Assembly (NCBI RefSeq): GCF_009914755.1
Contig: NC_060947.1
Source of the DNA: the human T2T-CHM13v2.0 reference genome, Homo sapiens
Length of the DNA: 64,000 nucleotides
Direction: 5' to 3' (one strand)
Below the pieces are notes generated by a model. That model ran no database searches and was not told where the DNA came from. It saw only the letters and a list, made by a program, of their open reading frames with translations. Below, in pieces: positions 13,381 to 28,967 of the stretch; the stretch's first letter is position 1; every line of letters starts with the position of its first letter. A program made the translations under genes and the position numbers.

Positions 13381-15552
13381 GGTTACACTAATTTTAATTT
13401 CTTTTACAAATTTTCATTCAATTTATGTGTTTCTTCGGTACATAAAAATGAATATATACTAGGTGCCGTTCTGTAGTCTAGAAATAGTAAAACACATATG
13501 TTCTCTAAGTCAAATGAATTTTTTTGTATTTTAAAATTTACTTATAATCTGCTCCATTTCACAAAGGATACTTAAGCAGTTATATAAACGCATTTATTGA
13601 AAAAATATCAAAATATTGTAGTTTTAACAAATGAATCATTTGATTAGAACAGTAATACTAGTAAGGATAAAATTAATATATGAAGTGAGTTGACTTCAGA
13701 ACTCTGATAATAAAAGGTGGTTTCCAACTTTGATGACTTTTACTATAATTTTCACTGGAAATGCTTCATACAGATGTTAACAATTAAATTATAATGCAAT
13801 CTGGTAAAGGTTCTAATAGAGTTATGTAAAAGAAGAGAAGCCAGAGGTGGTGACTTACTGCCTATGAAAATCAGGATGTGTTTCTGTTCATTGATGGTTG
13901 AATTTTAGTTGGCGAATAGTGGAAATGGGCAGTGACTTTAAAAACAGAGGGAATGACATGGATAATGGCACAGAGTTAAGAAAGGGCAGAGCCTATTTGA
14001 GAATAGGACAAATATTAGTGTATCATGAGTATAGGGTACAAATAGGTAAAGTGATTGGTATGGTTGGATTTGAAACCAGAAAGAGGTTTACTCCTCATTG
14101 TCACCCCCTTGTATACCAGGTAAGGAGGTTTTGTTCTACCATTTAGTATTTGTATAAGCTGTGTTTTAACTCTATGATCTCATTTCTAACAGTCTCCTGT
14201 ATTATATTTAGTTGAATTCATGTTTTCCTTTCCTCACACATTGCTTTTGAGATATTCAAAAACAATGAACATTTCTTGTTGATCTTTGCATATCCAACAC
14301 TTAAAACCTATCGATTATGCATATAATCTGTGCTTGTTGACTGGCTGAAGCAGAGATCTCTAGTCAGGTAGAACAAAGGGATCCCATCGTTCTCTCCCAC
14401 TTTGTTTATAAGCATTTTCTTTTACTGCCTCTGATTCAGGAATACCATCTGCCTGCATTTGTGATGGTAGATAGTAGTAGTAACATAATAAGCATCTTCA
14501 TCTGTGCTGCAAAACTTCCAGCTCTGCTGTGTCACAAGGTATTAATAACATGATCCTGGTAGTTGCTATGGTAAAGAAAGGTTTCCTGCTGCAAAGCTCG
14601 TTTTTGAAACTATTTTTACAGATGACTCAGAAACTGAGATTAAATGTTTATAACCATTCATTGTATTGTAGAAGTAAAAGTGTCCATATAGATCTTCTAG
14701 TCCAGCCATCCAATATTTTGAATTTGAAACTGTGTGCAAATGAGGAAAAAAAATAATAATAAAACAACCTCTCCTGAGTTCACACATTTAGATATTCTGA
14801 TTTAGAACCCAATCCGAGGACTTTTAACACTGTCAGTTTCTTTTTATCTTTAACAAAAAGCTCTTTGTTTCTTCCACACCTTGAGGGGAAAGTATTGCAC
14901 TTGAGATGTCACGCTACTAATATTCTTCTAACCAGTGAATCAAAGTTCCAAAGAATATAGTTTTTCAATTGGCTGAATGACATTCAAGTCAAAATTTTAT
15001 AATCTTCCCCCTTAATTTTATGAAAATAATTGAAAAGTATCAGTAAATAGGAATTCATATCACTTCAGAAAAATACATTCTCCAACTTTTACTACCTATG
15101 TAAAGTTATATGTGTATGTATATGAGCATGATTTTGTATTAATACTTCCCCCTAGTTAAAAAATTTAAAAGTATCAAATTGTGTATTTTTAAACATGTAT
15201 TATTATTTCCAGAAAAAAGCTTGATTTATGGCAAGTGATACCCTGTGCAAGAAAAAAAAATTGCCTGACTTAAAACTAGGGGGAAGAATTCTAATTAAAT
15301 TATTTTTAGAAATGCTGAAGGAAAGAAAGGAGGTATTGAAGGTTGGTAGTAGAGTTCCTTAGAACCGAACCTTAGATTTGGGGAGAAGGGGGCATATATA
15401 GAGTTTATTATTTCAATAAATATTTTTGAGTAGTAATTGTGTATCAGAAGTGATGCTAATCTATTACAGTATAATGATATTTATAGAGGAGTGGTTTCAG
15501 GAAGATGCAAGTTAAATTTGGATAGAAATAACTTGACAATCAGAGAACTGAG

Positions 15553-15918
15553 TGTCTGAATCTGTTTCTGCTGCCATAACAAAATACCTTAGACTGAGTA
15601 ATTATTTATAAATGACAGAATGTATGTCTTACAATTCTAGAGGCTAAGAAGTCCAAACTGAAGGCACCAGCAGATTTGATGTCTAGTGAGGACCCATTTC
15701 TCATAGGCAGCTTTTCCATCATCCTCACATCTGAAGAGGTGAAGCAGGGCAGGGCATTCCCTTCAATCTCTTTTGTAAGAACACTAACCTTATTCATGAG
15801 GACAGTGTGCTCGTGACTTAATCGCCTCCAAAACTGCCCCACTACTTGATACTATAACATGGAGTATTTGGTTTCAACATATAAACTTTGAAGGGACATA
15901 CACATTCAAACCATGGCA
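15553..15918 (-). mobile_element. MLT1A-like MaLR solo LTR
   Basis: 'tgctgccataacaaaatacc...gaagtccaa...gcaccagcagattt...cattcaaaccatggca'. Confidence 0.8.
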
Positions 15919-16264
15919 CCAGGAAAAAGTGAATGTAAGAGGTCCTGCTAGTTCTGCTGCTGAAGTGTCATGTATCCCCCACTCTATAGTTCCACAATCA
16001 CCACCTATGTTGATATCTTTTTCAGTATCCCATGGAATAAAGTGCTTTTTTTGTTTTTTTCTTCTATTGTACCTCATATAATTCATGATGTAACACAGTA
16101 GTATAATTAGCATCTCCATTTACATCTCATTGTCTTAAAAGTCCTGTACTTTACAAATTGAGGTTCCAATTGTGTCCATACATTAATGAGGCAGAGAAAA
16201 ATTTATATTGCCTGAGTTGCACCAAACTGTCTGTCTCTGTAAAATGAGAACTAGAGCAGCTATT

Positions 16265-16587
<323 letters not shown>

Positions 16588-16734
16588 CTAATGATATATG
16601 ACCGGATAGTGGTTATTTATTTTGTTTTCTTTTTTTTTTCTTTTCTTTTTTTTTTTTTTTTTTTTACTTTTTCTGGTGGTTAAAGTGTTATTGAATTCTG
16701 ACTCCCCCAAAATTCAAGCAGAATAATATATTGA

Positions 16735-17945
16735 AAATTTTTTAAACGTTTAATTAATAAAAATTGTATATATTCAAGGTGTACAATGTGATTATTTGAT
16801 ATACATCTATATTGTATAATTATTACCACAACCAAATTAATTAAAACGTTCTTTTACCACCCATAGTTACCACTGCGAGTGTGTATCAAGGGGATATCTA
16901 ACATTTTCTCTCTTATCAAATTGCAAGAAAACGGTGCAGAATTATTAACTATAGTCACCATGTTGTACATTAAATCTCTAGAACTTATTCATCTTATAAC
17001 TAAAAGTTTGTATCTCGTGACCAACATTTTCGCATTTCTCACCCACCTAGGCCCTGGCAAACCATTTTCCTCCCTGCTTCCATAAGTTCAGCTTTTTAAA
17101 ATTCCACAGACAAGTGAAATCATACAGTGTTTTTCTTTCTATGTCTGGCTTATTTCACTTAGCATAATGTCCTCCAAGTTTGTCCATGTTGTCGCAAGTA
17201 GCAGGATTCTCCTCTTTTTATGGCTTAACATTCCATTGTATATATGTGTACACCAAATGTTCTTTATCTGTTTATCCATTCACAAATAAGTGTTTTCCAT
17301 ATCTTGGTAATTGTGAATAATGTTGCAGTGATCATGGGGCAGGCAGTGTCTCTGAGACACTGATTTTATTTCATTTGGACAAATACCCAGAAGAAGGATT
17401 ATTGTATTGTGTGATTGTTCTATTTTTAATTTATTGAGGAAACTCTGTACTGTTTTCCATAATGGCTATACCAATTTACATTTCCACCAACAATGAACGA
17501 GAGTTCCCTTTTCTCCACCTGTTATGGCTTGTCTTTTTGATAATAGCCATCCTAAGAATTGTAAGGTGATATCTCATTTTGGTTTTGATTTTGCATTTTT
17601 CTAAAGATTAATGATATTGAGCACCTTTTCATATATCTTTTGGCCATTTGTATGTCATTTTTGAAAAATATCTGTTTAGGTCCTCTTCCCATTTTCTCCA
17701 ATTAGGTTATTTTATTTTCTTTTTTGCTATTGAGTTGTGTAATTTCTTTATATATTTTGGGTGTTAAACCCTTATCAGATGGTTTTTCAATGTTTTCTCG
17801 CATTGATTGCTTCTTTAGTTATGTCAAAGCTTTTTAGTTTAATATAGTCCCACTTGTTTATTTTTGCCTTTATTCCCTGTGCTTTTGGTGTCATATACAA
17901 AAAATCATTGCCAAGGCCAATATCAAGGAGCTTGCTTCCTATATT
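16735..17945 (-). mobile_element. L1MA/MB 3' fragment
   Basis: Antisense L1 3'UTR and ORF2 end ('ctggcttatttcacttagcataatgtcctcc', 'ttttccataatggctataccaatttacattt'). Confidence 0.85.
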
Positions 17946-18921
17946 TTAGCATACAAAAATGTCTGGTACCTCATTGAAATCTTCCACTTAGCTTGATTTT
18001 GACATAAGGGTAGCAGTAAATTAATGTCTAAATTAGCTCTTATTTTATAAATATGAAATTCCTCAACAATTTTGAGATTATAAGGAGAGCAGTTTACCTG
18101 GCAATTTACTTTGCGTAGTAAATCAGTTTCTATTGAATTAGGGAATGTGATGTAATGCAGGAGAAAATAATGTTCCTTGGCTAAAGATCTGAGGATGATA
18201 ATTATGTGCTGGAGCATGGCAGGATGTTTGTGAGTTATTAACCATACCAACCACCTGCAATTCATTGATTCTAAGGGATATGTTGTATAACAATATTAAG
18301 CTTAAGCTTCATATATTTCTGGTATCAAGATAAAACTGGTTTATGAATAGCCTTTAATTTTGAGAAATTTTGTCTTATGAGTTTTAGGGGGAAAACAGAA
18401 TTTTTTTTTTTTCTCCTTTGGAGCACCTTTGGTAATTACTCACATATTTTTCCCTTGGAAATTTAGTTAACACAGGATGGTATTTTTCCAGTATCTTTTC
18501 ATTTGAGAGTATTACAAGTGTCTTTTTCAAGACTACCTCTTCCAGTGTGTAATGACTGGAGTGGGAACATTTTTTTAATAAGGCCAACAATTTATTTTGA
18601 GTATTATACTGTCTCTATTCTGAGGCCATTTGAAAATGTTCAGAGAGATGTTGAAGGTGTGTAAATGAGGCTCTGTTTCAGTCTAGTGTTGCTTGCATTT
18701 AAATGCCTTCCCAATCTCTGGGAAGGGATTTAAGATCCTTCACAATATGTGAGTGAGAAAGGAGACCACATATGCTTTGGAGTTTATTCTGAATACATAA
18801 AGAAGTTAAGATGACTATCTTTGAAGTCTCCAGAGTATTTTTTCTTTTTTTTTTTTTTTGCTTACACTTCTGAATCCAAGCCCAATGTATTTTCATAAGA
18901 AGGATTTGGGGGATTGGCTAC

Positions 18922-19384
18922 TGTATTAGTCCGTTCTATGTTGCTGTAACAGGATACCTGAGGCTGGGTAATTTGTAAAGAAAAATGTTTATTTGGCTCA
19001 CAAATCAAGTGGCTGCAAAATCCAGGATTAGGCAACTGTGCCTGGTGATGGCCTCAGGCTGCTTCTACTCATGGCGGAAAGTGGAAGGGGAGTTGATGTG
19101 TGCAAGATCACATGGCAAGAGATCATATGGTAAGGGAAGAAGCAAGAAAGCAAAACCAGGGGGGCTCAGCTCTTCAAAGCTCACTCTCTTGGGAACTAAT
19201 CCATTCTTATGAGTGGGAAAACTCACTCAATATTAAGACAATGGCACCAAGCTATTGATGAGAGATCCACCTCCATGATCCAAACACCTCACACTCGACT
19301 CCATCTTTCAATACTGCCATATTTGGGATCAAATTTCAACATAAGTTTTGGTAGAGGCAAACACATAATATCCAAACCGTAGCA
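18922..19384 (-). mobile_element. MST (MSTB-like) solo LTR
   Basis: tgtattagtcc ... ccaaaccgtagca; TSD GCTAC (18917-18921 / 19385-19389). Confidence 0.85.
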
Positions 19385-22300
19385 GCTACAAACAGCCTTG
19401 TTCAATATTTAAAGCTTTTCTAAGCTTTTCTGGTTTCCTGTGCAGTCTGGGGGAATGCTAAAGGCATGCTTGGAATCTTCCTCTTCTAGCGTTTAAATCT
19501 GTTTTTTTTCTCTGTATGAGGTACCCACCATCATATGAATAAATTGGTATAGATTCTTCGGTTCTATATTATATGGTTAAAAATAATTCCAAATTCCCCT
19601 GCAAATTTTTTTCTATTTTGTCTAGGCTTTGCCAAGTCTTTGACAATGGCTCTCAGCTTAGAAGGAAAACCGGAGCTTAAAATTTAAAAAAAGATTTTTC
19701 CTTTTTTCCTGTTCTGAAAGGGCACTTATTTTAGAGGTAATTGAGCTTTGTGAATTTTTCCATTGGCCTGGGGTAAAGGAGAGCAGATCAAAGGAAAAGA
19801 TAAGGATAAAGAAAAAGGAGAATGAATAAGAAGAATAGTAAGATAAAAACTATTAGTTTTGAGCTATGGTTGAATGGATATAAAAGAGAGTTTTGTGGGT
19901 TTTTTTACACTTTACTTTTGAATTGTCCAAAGGATAATGTTAAGAAAGCATTCCAATATCTGAATTTATTTTGGATGCTTCCTTATGCCAATGAAAAAGA
20001 CAGACTATTGAACATTTAGTAATTTTTCCCTTTTTTGTTCTGTCTTTCAAAGAAACAATTACATTCATATAAAAGTCCCTAAATTGGCCACTATAATTCT
20101 AAATATTCCTTGGTTATATTATTACCTTTACAAAATAAAGTACACAAGTTTGATTTATAGCATAAATATTTGTAAGAAGCAGGAATTAAGCCTGGAGAGG
20201 GTATGAAATTATATTTAGACAGAAACAAACCGAGTTTGGGAAAAGTTGTATAAAGTCTTATTGTGTTGTTTTTTTTTTTTTTATATCTCAGGTTCTTTGG
20301 CCTAGTGTATGGCTGCCAACTTACGTTTGCAGTTGACGTCCAACTGCAAACATAATAAAACTGTAGTGTGCATCAGTCAAAGGTCTGGAGAGGAGACTCC
20401 TAAGAAGCAGACACTCAACTGGCAAAACAAGCTTGATCACAGTTCTTAAAAGGTTTTTATTCATAATCTGAAGCCAAGTTTTCCCAAGATTGCTCATATC
20501 AGAAGCTTTCTGAACTTAGTCTCAGGGACTGGCTTGGTAAATGGCATCCAGGCCCATATGCCTTTCCTCTTCCCTAGAATATTTTCTTTTCTGACCATAC
20601 AGCAAACAATGAGAAAAACAAAGAGAAAAAGCAATGTTGTTAGTAATTTAAGAAGAATTCAACAAAGGATAAAATACTTTTAAATACGATAATATTAAAG
20701 CATTCCTCAAATTGGGTTCCTCACTCCTAGGAAACCAACTAAACAGCATTCAGTGAGTTCAATAAAAGGAAAAAAAATTATTTTTTAAAAGAAATGACTT
20801 GGATGTAAGATTGACTTACCTGTGGCTGTCAATGTGACTCCCAAGTGAGAGAATCAAGGGGCCTCAGAGAAGCAAGCTGTTATTATACTAAGTTAAAGGT
20901 CTTGGATTATAGTAGTAAGGAGGTCTCAGGTGGATTTTGGTAGAACTGCAGGATCATCGAATGATAGCTTCCAGCATGTACCACCAAAACAACCTGTTGA
21001 TATGCCAAACCCAAGTGTATTCTCACTGCAGTCAGAAAGGTTATTACCTGGACAGAGTTAGCTACCTCTCTAAGGGAAGAGAATAAAGTCAGCATAGTTA
21101 CAAGGTTTTGCAGTCTTGTTTAACTGTGGACCTTCAAAATAGGGCCTTGATTAGGTGAAGGATCATGATATAAGATTGAGGATTGGTAGATAGAGCAAAC
21201 ACTTTAATTTTCATAGTGTCTTTTGATATTCTCTTATGGTCTCCTATTATTTGTTATATTAACTAAACATGATTTGATCTATCTAAAATAATAGGGCCCT
21301 ATTTATAAAATATTGTAGTATTTATATCACTTAAGATTTGAATGCAGTACTAAGCAGGCTCATTTAAAATTATTTATTGACTTCCAGAACGATGGTGTAA
21401 GGAGTCCTCTAGACAGGTTTTCCAGTGAAACAATTCTAATTGATGAAAAATGTATGAAATAACAATATAAAGCCTTTGGAAATTGTGCTGAGGGCATATA
21501 GTGAATAAAGAGTAACTTATTTAAAAATATTACTCTCAATAAAAACAGTAGCTGTGGCACTTGAGACACGACCATCCCTTATTCTTCTCCAGCTCGTCTT
21601 GTAAGCTCCAATTTGTGTAGGCATGGCCAGGAAGAGGGCACTTCTCTCCTTAGCTACAAAATAAGGAATACACTGTCTTAATGGAAGAGGCAGGATACCA
21701 TCATTCTTACCCTATTGAACTCTAAGTTGCAAAGGCTAAACGACTGGTGAGTTCAGATAAGAGGTTGGGGGCTCATTTTCTTCACCCAGTCTCCACTCAT
21801 GGAAGGGATTCTTTACCACAGGTGTGGCAGGCTGAGACTACAAAGGTCTTTCATGACTTAATCCCAGTTCATCCATAGGCCAAAGATTGTATACCAGGAG
21901 AGGTAATTCCAAATGAATAAAATCTATTGCCTCTGCTCAGCACCTGGAACAGTGGCTCACAGATTTTACCCAAGAGGAGCGGCAGGCCATAAGAACAACA
22001 GGTCAAAAGCTCTTCCTAAATGAATTCATTTTATTTTTAACACAGTTCAAGGAAGTTTAAGCTTAATGATACTCTCAGAAACAAGTATTTAGGTCGTAAG
22101 CAATTCAGAGCAAGCTAGTAGCTCTGTGAGAGCAACAAGTTAAACCATAGGCAAGCTAGTTTACTAGAGAAAAGAAGAAAAAGTTAAAGAAGAGTCTTTC
22201 TGAGGTTAAAACATCCTCAGAGACAGACCTGAAAAACTACTCCTGTCTGAACTTAACTGGATTAGACTGTGGAGCAATTTATGCACCAGAGCATGGTTGA

Positions 22301-22766
22301 AGCCTATGGAGCAATCAGTTGGCAATCAGTAGAGCATAACAGGTAGGTGTCACACCAAGGTAGGCAGAAAGTGTAACAGAGATAATAGAAAAGTGACAAC
22401 CCAAACCACTGTCATCTCATCATGGCTGTAAACATATCCACGCCTGTGCTTTCTGTGGAGAAATATTAGAAGCTTCACACTATAAAAGAAAAAGACTTTA
22501 TTCAAATAATATAGCAAAGTAACTAAACAAATACATAAGCAAACAATAATAATGGCAAAGCCAAGAAAGGGGAAGATGAATTGGTATTCCTATTTACTAC
22601 AATATATTACCTAAAATATTCAATTTAAAACAAAATATTATGAGACATGCAAAGCAACAAGAAAAGGTTACCCTTGTAAAGAGAAAAAAAAAATGGCAAC
22701 AGTAATTGCTTGTGAAAAAAACCCAGATGTTAAATTGAACAAAGACATCATAGCAGCCATTATAAA

Positions 22767-23706
<940 letters not shown>

Positions 23707-24293
23707 TATTTCAAAGAAAGAAAAAAAGATTATGCCAAAAGATGTGAAGAAAGCTATAATGACAATGTCTCATCAAATGCAGAGTATCACTAAAGAAATA
23801 GAAATTACAAGAAAAAATAACCAAATAGATATTCTAGAGGTGACAAGAATACTAACTGAAATAATAATTTTATAATGTATATTTACCCTGGCAGAAGAAT
23901 CAGTGAACACGAAGACAGATCAGTTGATATTATGCAGTCTTAAGAACTGAGTGAAAAAAGAATGAAAACTAAATATAGCATCACAGAAATGTGTAACACC
24001 ATTAAGCACACCAAAATACACATAGTGTGAGCACCAGAAGAAGAGGGAAGAGATACAGAAGAAAAAAAATTATAAAAATAACGGCTGAAAATTTTCCAAA
24101 ATAATTGAAGATTTCAATATTCCACTTAATAGGACAACTAGGAAGAAATCAACAAGGAAATAGAAGATGTGAACACTACTACAGAACAACTGAAGCTGAC
24201 AGACCTTAGGACACTGCACCCCAAAACAGCGTAATGTACACATTCTTCTGGAGTACACATCAAATATTCTTTAAGATAGAAATATGCTAATCC

Positions 24294-24550
24294 TTGGGAG
24301 GCTGAGGCGGGCAGATCACCTGAGGTCAAAAGTTCAAGACCAGTCTGACCAACACGGAGGAACCCCCGTCTGTATTAAAAATGCAAAATTCGCTGGGCAT
24401 GGTAGCACATGCCTGTAATCCCAGCTACTCGGGAGGCTGGGGCAGGAGAATGGCTTGAACCTGGGAGGTGGAGGTTGTGGTTAGCCGAGGTCACGCCATT
24501 GTACTCCAGCCTGGGTGACAGAGTGAGACTCCATCTCAAAAAAAAAAAAA
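24294..24550 (+). mobile_element. AluS (Sp-like), 5'-truncated
   Basis: Starts at 'ttgggaggctgaggcgggcagatcacctgagg' and ends in a poly-A tail. Confidence 0.9.
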
Positions 24551-24559
24551 GGTTAGTAA

Positions 24560-24697
24560 ATTTTTTGTTTGTATTTTTAGTAGAGACTAGGTCTCGCCAT
24601 ATTGGCTTGACTGGCCTCGAACTCCTGACCTCAGGTGATTCGCCCTCCTGGGCCTCCCAAAGTGCTAGGATTACAGGCATGAGCCACCATGCCTGGC
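24560..24697 (-). mobile_element. Alu left monomer, antisense
   Basis: 'ttgtatttttagtagagac...gctaggattacaggcatgagccaccatgcctggcc'. Confidence 0.9.
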
Positions 24698-27089
24698 CTA
24701 ATGAACAACTTAAAAATGAAATTAGGGAAACAATTACATGTATAATTGCATCACAAAGCATACAATATTTAGGACTATTTTAATAAAAGGAGAGCAAATC
24801 TTAGACTCTGATAACTACAAAATGTTTTTGGAAATTAAGAAAGACCTAAAGAAGTGGAAAAATGTACTGTTTTCCTGGATTCATGGAATAGAAGACAATA
24901 TTGATAAAATGACAGTACACCTCATATTGATCTACAGATACAAATTAATCTTTATTTAATCCCAACTGCTTATTTTTCAGAAAATGACAAGTTGATCCTT
25001 AATTTATGTGGTATGTAAATGAACCCCAAATAGCCAAAATAAATTTGAAAATGAAAATCAAAGTTGGAGAACTACTTACTGATTTAAAACCTATCACAAA
25101 GCCTTATGTACAGTAATCAAAACAGTGAGGTACTGGCATAAGGAAACACGTGCAGATCAGTGAGATACAGTTGAGATGGTAGAAATATACCCACATGCCT
25201 ATGGTTAACTGATTTTCAACAAGGGAGCATAGACAATTTAATGGGGAAATAATACTTTCTTCAACAAATGATGTTGGGACAGGTGGATATCCATATGCAA
25301 AGAATGCAGTCGGGACCCTACAAACATACCTTGTACAAAAATTGACTCAAAATAGATCAGGAATCAAAATGTAAACACTAAAATAATAAAATTCTTAGAA
25401 GAAAACATAGAAGTAAGTACCTGTGACCTTGTATTAGCCAAAGGATTTTTAGACATGACCCTCAAAATGCAAACAAATAAAGAGAAAATAACTAAAGTTT
25501 ATCAACATTTAAAACCTTTGTGCTTCAAAGGACACTATCCAGGAAAGTAAAAAAATAAACAAACAAAATGCACAGGCAGCCTTCCTTCCCAGAGAAAAGC
25601 TGAAAGAGGACAGTGGTCCATGAGGCTTGTGGCAAACACACAATGCCAGTGTTCGAAAATTAGGCAAATGGCTCCTTGGCAGTGGAGGGGCCCTCGGGAT
25701 GGGGTAGCCTGGGCTTCAATCTCCCCTTAGGTTGCAAGAAGTTGACTGGCAGCAAGTGTGGAAGCAACAGCAGCTTAAGTATAAGCTCTGGAGTGTTTAT
25801 GTGCTCCCCCTCAACCAGAGTTGTGAGATGCCATGCAGCCCAAATGGCTGGAAGGGATTCTACTGTCCAAGAATGGGAATTCCACTTCAGAATATGGAGA
25901 CTGTTCAGTTACTCTCAACACAAAGTTATCATTTTTGGGCTGGATAATTCAAGATAATCTACCAGTCTTTACCAGCTTTTTATGAATGAAGATTCACATC
26001 CATTTCCCACAATAGGAAGTAATGTTGAAGAGACAGTGGTTTAGTAATACATATTTCCTAATGTGAGATACTGGTGTCCAAGAACATCTTCATTTTTCCT
26101 GGACACTTACTATGCTAACTGGATTTGTAATAGTTGTCATGGACGGTACAGACCGAGAGAGAAAGGATTTCTGTAACTAGAGAAGAACTTTATAAAAAGT
26201 TAGCACTTGTGCACCCAAGGAAAGTTGGAATGCTGATTTTTGCAAATAAACAAGGTGCTAAATAATACATGCCTGACTGTACCTGAAATCTCTCAAGTTT
26301 TCAAACTAACATCTGTTAGAGATGACCAAGCATAAACAGGAATATTGTGTTGTTACTGAGAGGGATTAGGCTAACTTAAATGTATAATGTTACAATTTAA
26401 GATTAGCTTATTTCTACAGATTCCTTCTCATTGCCTGTATGTAAAGAAATGCTGGACTTTACCTGAAAGCAGCAAACATTAATGGTTTATATATATTTCT
26501 AATAAACTGATTTAAAGTGTTTTATGTGTAAAGAAAAATTAAGTTCATTTATTTGAAAACAAGGTAAAGTTTCACTTTCCTGTTCGTCTTCTCGTTAGTT
26601 CATTCCAAAGTAAGGTCTTAAAGCTGTGCTTGACATTGTTTTTTCAAAACGAATCCTCTCAGGACATTACGTCACCCATGCTAAATACAAAGGGAGGGGA
26701 AGATAATTTTAACTTTAAAAGATTTATTATCAGTATAACCTTTCTTATAAACATCTTAATCCTTCTTAACTGAAGGTTTTTTCCTCTTCTTGTTACATCA
26801 AGACAAAATGTAAATCAACTTAGCTATTCAATTTCCAATCTCCTAAAACCATGTAACTTGTGAAAAGTATTTTGCATAAGGTAGTGTATATAAATCAAGT
26901 TCAAGGTAATGTCTTTGATTTATGTTCTAAAGAAAAGTGAATAATACATTAATAAGGTACTTAGCTATAACCATAGTGAGATAAATGCCACCATTGATGT
27001 TAAGTGGCATTTTGTATTTTCCCGTTATATTGTACCAACCAACACCCAAACCATTGAATTGCCCTTTAAAAGAAAGAAGGCTCTGCAAG

Positions 27090-27280
27090 AAACACAAATA
27101 TTAGTCAGGCATGGTGGCACGTGCTTGCAGTTTTGGCTACTCGGGAGGCTGAGGTGGGAGGATTACCTGAGCCCAGAGAGGTTGAGGCTGCAGTGAGCCA
27201 AGATTGTGCCATGGCATTCCAGCCTGGGTGACAGAGTGAGACCCTGTCTCAAAAAAAAAAAAAAAAAAAAAATTAAAAAA
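27090..27280 (+). mobile_element. AluJ right monomer with poly-A
   Basis: 'gggaggctgaggtgggaggattacctgagccc...gaccctgtctc' followed by a long A tail. Confidence 0.88.
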
Positions 27281-27713
27281 GAAAGGAAGGGAGAAAGTAA
27301 TAAATGGTATGGAAGAAAATAATAAAAAGGAAAAAAAGCTTGACATTGTATACATATTTTTGCTAAATGACACACACAGAAGCATGTAATACAAATGAGT
27401 AGAATATACATGAAAATATTGAATTAGTATTACTAAGAGGTAAAATTTCACAGTAAGCAAGTATCAGATTATTTCCTTTATTAGTCCTGCCAACCACGTT
27501 ACCAAATAAATTGTTAATTTGGTAATTAGTCAATTGTGATTAAAATTATCAAGTGATCTTTTCAGTGCTAATTGACAACTGCTGTGTGAAAGTATGTCTC
27601 TCTAGAGAATAATACTCTATGAATAATATCAAATAATTTATCCAGAGTATTTTTAGGCATTAAATTATGTCAAATATTACAAAATAAATTTGAGATTAAA
27701 AGTAACGAATATC

Positions 27714-28048
<335 letters not shown>

Positions 28049-28260
28049 TTACTATTTCAAAATTTCTTATTGTAGAAATTGGAATATTCTCAGAGATTTT
28101 ATTTCTAATACTTGTCTTTTATCTTTGTCTACCACATGAATATATTGTTTAACAATTAGAAAATCCATTATATTTAAATTATTTTAAGAATTTATTTTAA
28201 AAATTCATTGATATGGTACATTATTTGTATTAAGAAATAACTTAGTCACCACAGTACCTT

Positions 28261-28430
28261 AAAAAGCTCCACCTAAAGAATAGGAGAAAATTTTTCTAAA
28301 TCTTATGTCTGATATGGGACTTGAATACAGACTGTATAAAGAATTCTATAACTCAGTGATAAAATCTAATTATTATATGGGCAAATGATTTGAATAGACA
28401 TTTTCCAAAGAAGATATACAAATGGCCAAT
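28261..28430 (+). mobile_element. Continuation of the L1 interrupted by the ARL5A retrocopy
   Basis: 'gaataggagaaaatttt...tctgatatgggacttg...ttgaatagacattttccaaagaagatatacaaatggccaa' follows on from the L1 sequence ending ~25555. Confidence 0.8.
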
Positions 28431-28519
28431 CTTTATAATTTTTCTTTTTCAGGATGTCATGTAAATGGAATCACACACTGGTTTTTGTCACCATAATACA
28501 TTTAATATCCATCTATATT

Positions 28520-28967
28520 GTTGTATAACACATGCATTTATTATCTTAAAGATCTGTAGGGAAAGTGACACAGGTCTTACTGGGCTAGCTGTCACCAAGG
28601 TTATGCTTCTTTCTAGATGCTCCAGGGGAGAATCTGTTTCCGTGACTTTTCCAGCTTCTAGAAACTACCTCCATTCTTTGAATTGTTGCCCTGTTCATCT
28701 ATCTTCAATGCCAGCAACATCATATCTTTCTGAACATTCTTAGATTATATTGTTCTCTCTGATTATAACCAGGAAACACTCTCTACCTTTACTAATTTAT
28801 AAGGTTAGATTGGTCCACCTGAACAATCCTGGATAACTTCCCAATCTCATGGTCCATAACTTTATTCCCATGTCCAAGTTCCCATTATGATGGCAAGTAA
28901 TACACTCACACATTCTCGGAATTCAAACATGGTCATGTTTAGGAAGCATTTTTTTATGCCTACTACA
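28520..28967 (-). mobile_element. MLT1 (C/D-like) LTR, flanked by antisense L1 3'UTR fragments (28440-29135)
   Basis: 'ttctagatgctccaggggagaatctgtttcc..ttttccagcttctag'; ends 'gcctactaca'. Confidence 0.7.

Noticed and set aside
24375-24783. Overlapping 124/128-aa ORFs
   Set aside because: Pure Alu translations ([18 protein letters not shown]).
25676-25957. ORF containing an ARL5A-like peptide
   Set aside because: Out of frame with the native ATG and ends at the P-loop; it is a pseudogene fragment and cannot encode a GTPase.
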